DNA of 62,757 bases, filler included, from Eubacteriales bacterium (GTDB lineage: Bacteria > Bacillota > Clostridia > Oscillospirales > CAG-382): NCBI GenBank assembly GCA_045636665.1. It is 7 parts of 7 records of this genome, joined end to end, with 100 filler letters (N's around TTAATTAATTAA, not from the genome) between each part and the next. Parts side by side here need not be neighbours in the genome. Positions count along the whole stretch, not along the records: positions 59,527 to 62,757 come from JAZTXY010000046.1; 6 more parts are not named here. One strand, 5' to 3'. The position numbers were made by a program, and so were the translations under genes. Within the stretch, counting starts at the first letter, position 1; each line of letters begins with the position of its first letter. A model generated the notes under the pieces. That model was not told the DNA's origin, searched no databases, and saw only the letters and a program-made list of their open reading frames with translations. Positions 61,251 through 62,757 of the stretch are shown piece by piece.

Positions 61251-61316
61251 ATGAAAATCTACTGTTTCCGTTCTCCAAAGCTTTTAAAGCCGTTTTTTAG
61301 GATGTTCGCGAGGTAA
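61251..61316 (+). CDS. spoVM: SpoVM-like amphipathic peptide (21 aa)
   Basis: MKIYCFRSPKLLKPFFRMFAR: Pro at position 9 followed by an amphipathic helix; AAGGTTGGTG RBS; sporulation context. Confidence 0.7.
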   Translation: MKIYCFRSPKLLKPFFRMFAR

Positions 61317-61331
61317 AAATTCGCAAAATCG

Positions 61332-61360
61332 TTGACAGCGGTAAAACACGGTGCTATAAT
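61332..61360 (+). promoter_or_regulatory. Consensus sigma-A promoter
   Basis: TTGACA-17 bp-TATAAT with extended TG. Confidence 0.88.
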
Positions 61361-61375
61361 GTACTTCCAAAACAG

Positions 61376-61478
61376 TGAAGAGTAAGGGCTTATTCGTGAA
61401 GTGCCGATCGGACGGGGAGTTGCCGATCGGACGAAAAACGTTGCTTCGTTTGCGGTCTGAGCCCTGCATCCCGCTTCA
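61376..61478 (+). ncRNA. THF riboswitch
   Basis: GAAGAGTAAGG...CGTGAAGTG...GGACGGGGAGTTGC...ACGAAA...GCGG...GCATCCCGCTTC; a downstream hairpin can occlude the GGAGG RBS; precedes folT-folC. Confidence 0.92.
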
Positions 61479-61568
61479 TAAAGCATCAAATCGCAGGTAT
61501 GCCGCGTGTTTTGCCGCGGAAAAACCTTCTTTCTTGCTCTATGTATGCAGGGGAGGAGGTTTGTTTTT

Positions 61569-62111
61569 TTGAAAAAATCAAGAAATAACGTAACGAAAAA
61601 GCTTGTGTTTTCCGCGCTTGCGGTTGCAATGAGCATTGTTATCGGAATCGTGTGTAAGGCGTATTTTACCATCACACCGATACTCCGCATAACCTTTGAT
61701 ACTATGCCCATATTGCTGTTGGGTGTAATGTTCGGACCCGTCTACAGTGTTATGGCGGCGATAAGCGCGGATATCATTTCGGCGCTTATTGCGGGCTTTG
61801 CTCCTACGCCGATAATTACGGTCGGCGCCGCCGCAATAGGTCTTATTGTCGGACTCCTTCCGCGTATTATAATAAAAAGGAAGAGTTTTGTCGCTGTGAC
61901 GTCGGTTTCGCTCATCGCACAAACCGCAGGCTCGCTTTTTATCAAGACCTACGGACTTGCCGACCTTTACAGTCTGCCCTTTTGGGAAACGCTTGCCGTC
62001 CGTCTGCCGGTGTTGCTTGTTATTTCTTTTGTCGAGGGCTATCTCGTTTATATGCTTCTTAAAAACAAACAGCTGTCAAGGTTTGCCGACGGTCGGGAGG
62101 AAAAGAAATGA
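61569..62111 (+). CDS. folT: Folate ECF transporter S component
   Basis: KKLVFSAL.VAMSIV, LRITF...PI...G..FGP, D; under the THF riboswitch; TTG start after GGAGG. Confidence 0.87.
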   Translation: MKKSRNNVTKKLVFSALAVAMSIVIGIVCKAYFTITPILRITFDTMPILLLGVMFGPVYSVMAAISADIISALIAGFAPTPIITVGAAAIGLIVGLLPRIIIKRKSFVAVTSVSLIAQTAGSLFIKTYGLADLYSLPFWETLAVRLPVLLVISFVEGYLVYMLLKNKQLSRFADGREEKK

Positions 62112-62757
62112 ATTATAACGAAGCACTTGAATATATTCATTCGGTCGAATGGCTCGGCTCGCGTCCCGGACTTTCGCGTACGGAGGAGCTTTTGGAAAAG
62201 CTCGGAAACCCCGAAAAGGGTATGAAATTTGTTCACGTCGCGGGTACGAACGGAAAGGGCTCGACCTGCTCGATGTGCGAATCGGTCTTGCGTGCCGCAG
62301 GCTATAAGGTCGGACTCTATACCTCGCCTTATATAGTGCGCTTTAACGAGCGTATGTGCGTTAACGGCGAACCGATTGCCGACGATGAGCTTGCCGAGCT
62401 TGTTGAAGTCATCAAGCCCATTGCGGATAATATGACGGACAAGCCCACCGAATTTGAAATCATAACCGCACTTGCCTTCCTTTATTATAAAAGACACGCG
62501 TGCGATATAGTTGTTCTTGAGGTTGGAATGGGCGGACGGCTCGATTCGACCAACGTTATCGATTCGCCCGTGGCTTCGGTCATAACGGGCGTTGCAATCG
62601 ACCACGTTTCGGTTTTGGGAAGCACCGTTGCCGAAATAGCAAAGGAAAAGGCGGGCATAATAAAGCAAAACCGCCCCGTGATATACGGCGGCAGGGATGA
62701 CGTCGCGTTTGACGTTATCCGCGACAAGGCAAACGAATGTAAAAGCGAGGTCGTGCG
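62108..62757 (+). CDS. folC: Folylpolyglutamate synthase/dihydrofolate synthase (3'-truncated; absent from ORF track)
   Basis: MNYNEALEYIH...PGL.R...LGNP...VHVAGTNGKGST...YTSP...NER...TEFE...EVGMGGRLDSTNV. Confidence 0.96.
   Translation, partial: MNYNEALEYIHSVEWLGSRPGLSRTEELLEKLGNPEKGMKFVHVAGTNGKGSTCSMCESVLRAAGYKVGLYTSPYIVRFNERMCVNGEPIADDELAELVEVIKPIADNMTDKPTEFEIITALAFLYYKRHACDIVVLEVGMGGRLDSTNVIDSPVASVITGVAIDHVSVLGSTVAEIAKEKAGIIKQNRPVIYGGRDDVAFDVIRDKANECKSEVV

Overview
Draft-genome or MAG window from an anaerobic, probably spore-forming Clostridia (Oscillospirales/Ruminococcaceae-like by gene content; inference). It is not one locus: six synthetic 100-bp N/TTAATTAATTAA/N linkers join seven contigs (1-6890, 6991-18790, 18891-36288, 36389-46715, 46816-57001, 57102-59426, 59527-62757), so adjacency across linkers is meaningless. 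Most content is housekeeping (cysE, rny-ymdB, glyQS, gltX-glnS, pepF, nifJ, comM, tyrS, mfd, tpiA, groES-groEL, folT-folC), plus three tRNAs and three riboswitches (yybP-ykoY, cobalamin, THF). The accessory signals are: (1) an expanded modular surface-protein family with eight discoidin-like modules in six genes, combined with DUF4855, SGNH, dockerin, lipoprotein and C-terminal anchors; (2) an orphan phage-type replisome organizer with 11-bp-phased iteron-like repeats in the gene and at its promoter, plus a look-alike promoter with no ORF; (3) several non-autonomous repeat families, including a covarying hairpin, a tRNA-linked repeat and a micro-module nested inside other repeats; (4) a five-box DnaA cluster after comM; (5) an unannotated spoVM-like peptide divergent from a SipL-like gene. 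No CRISPR array, rRNA, integrase or transposase was seen. All family assignments are by motif recognition; no database searches were run.
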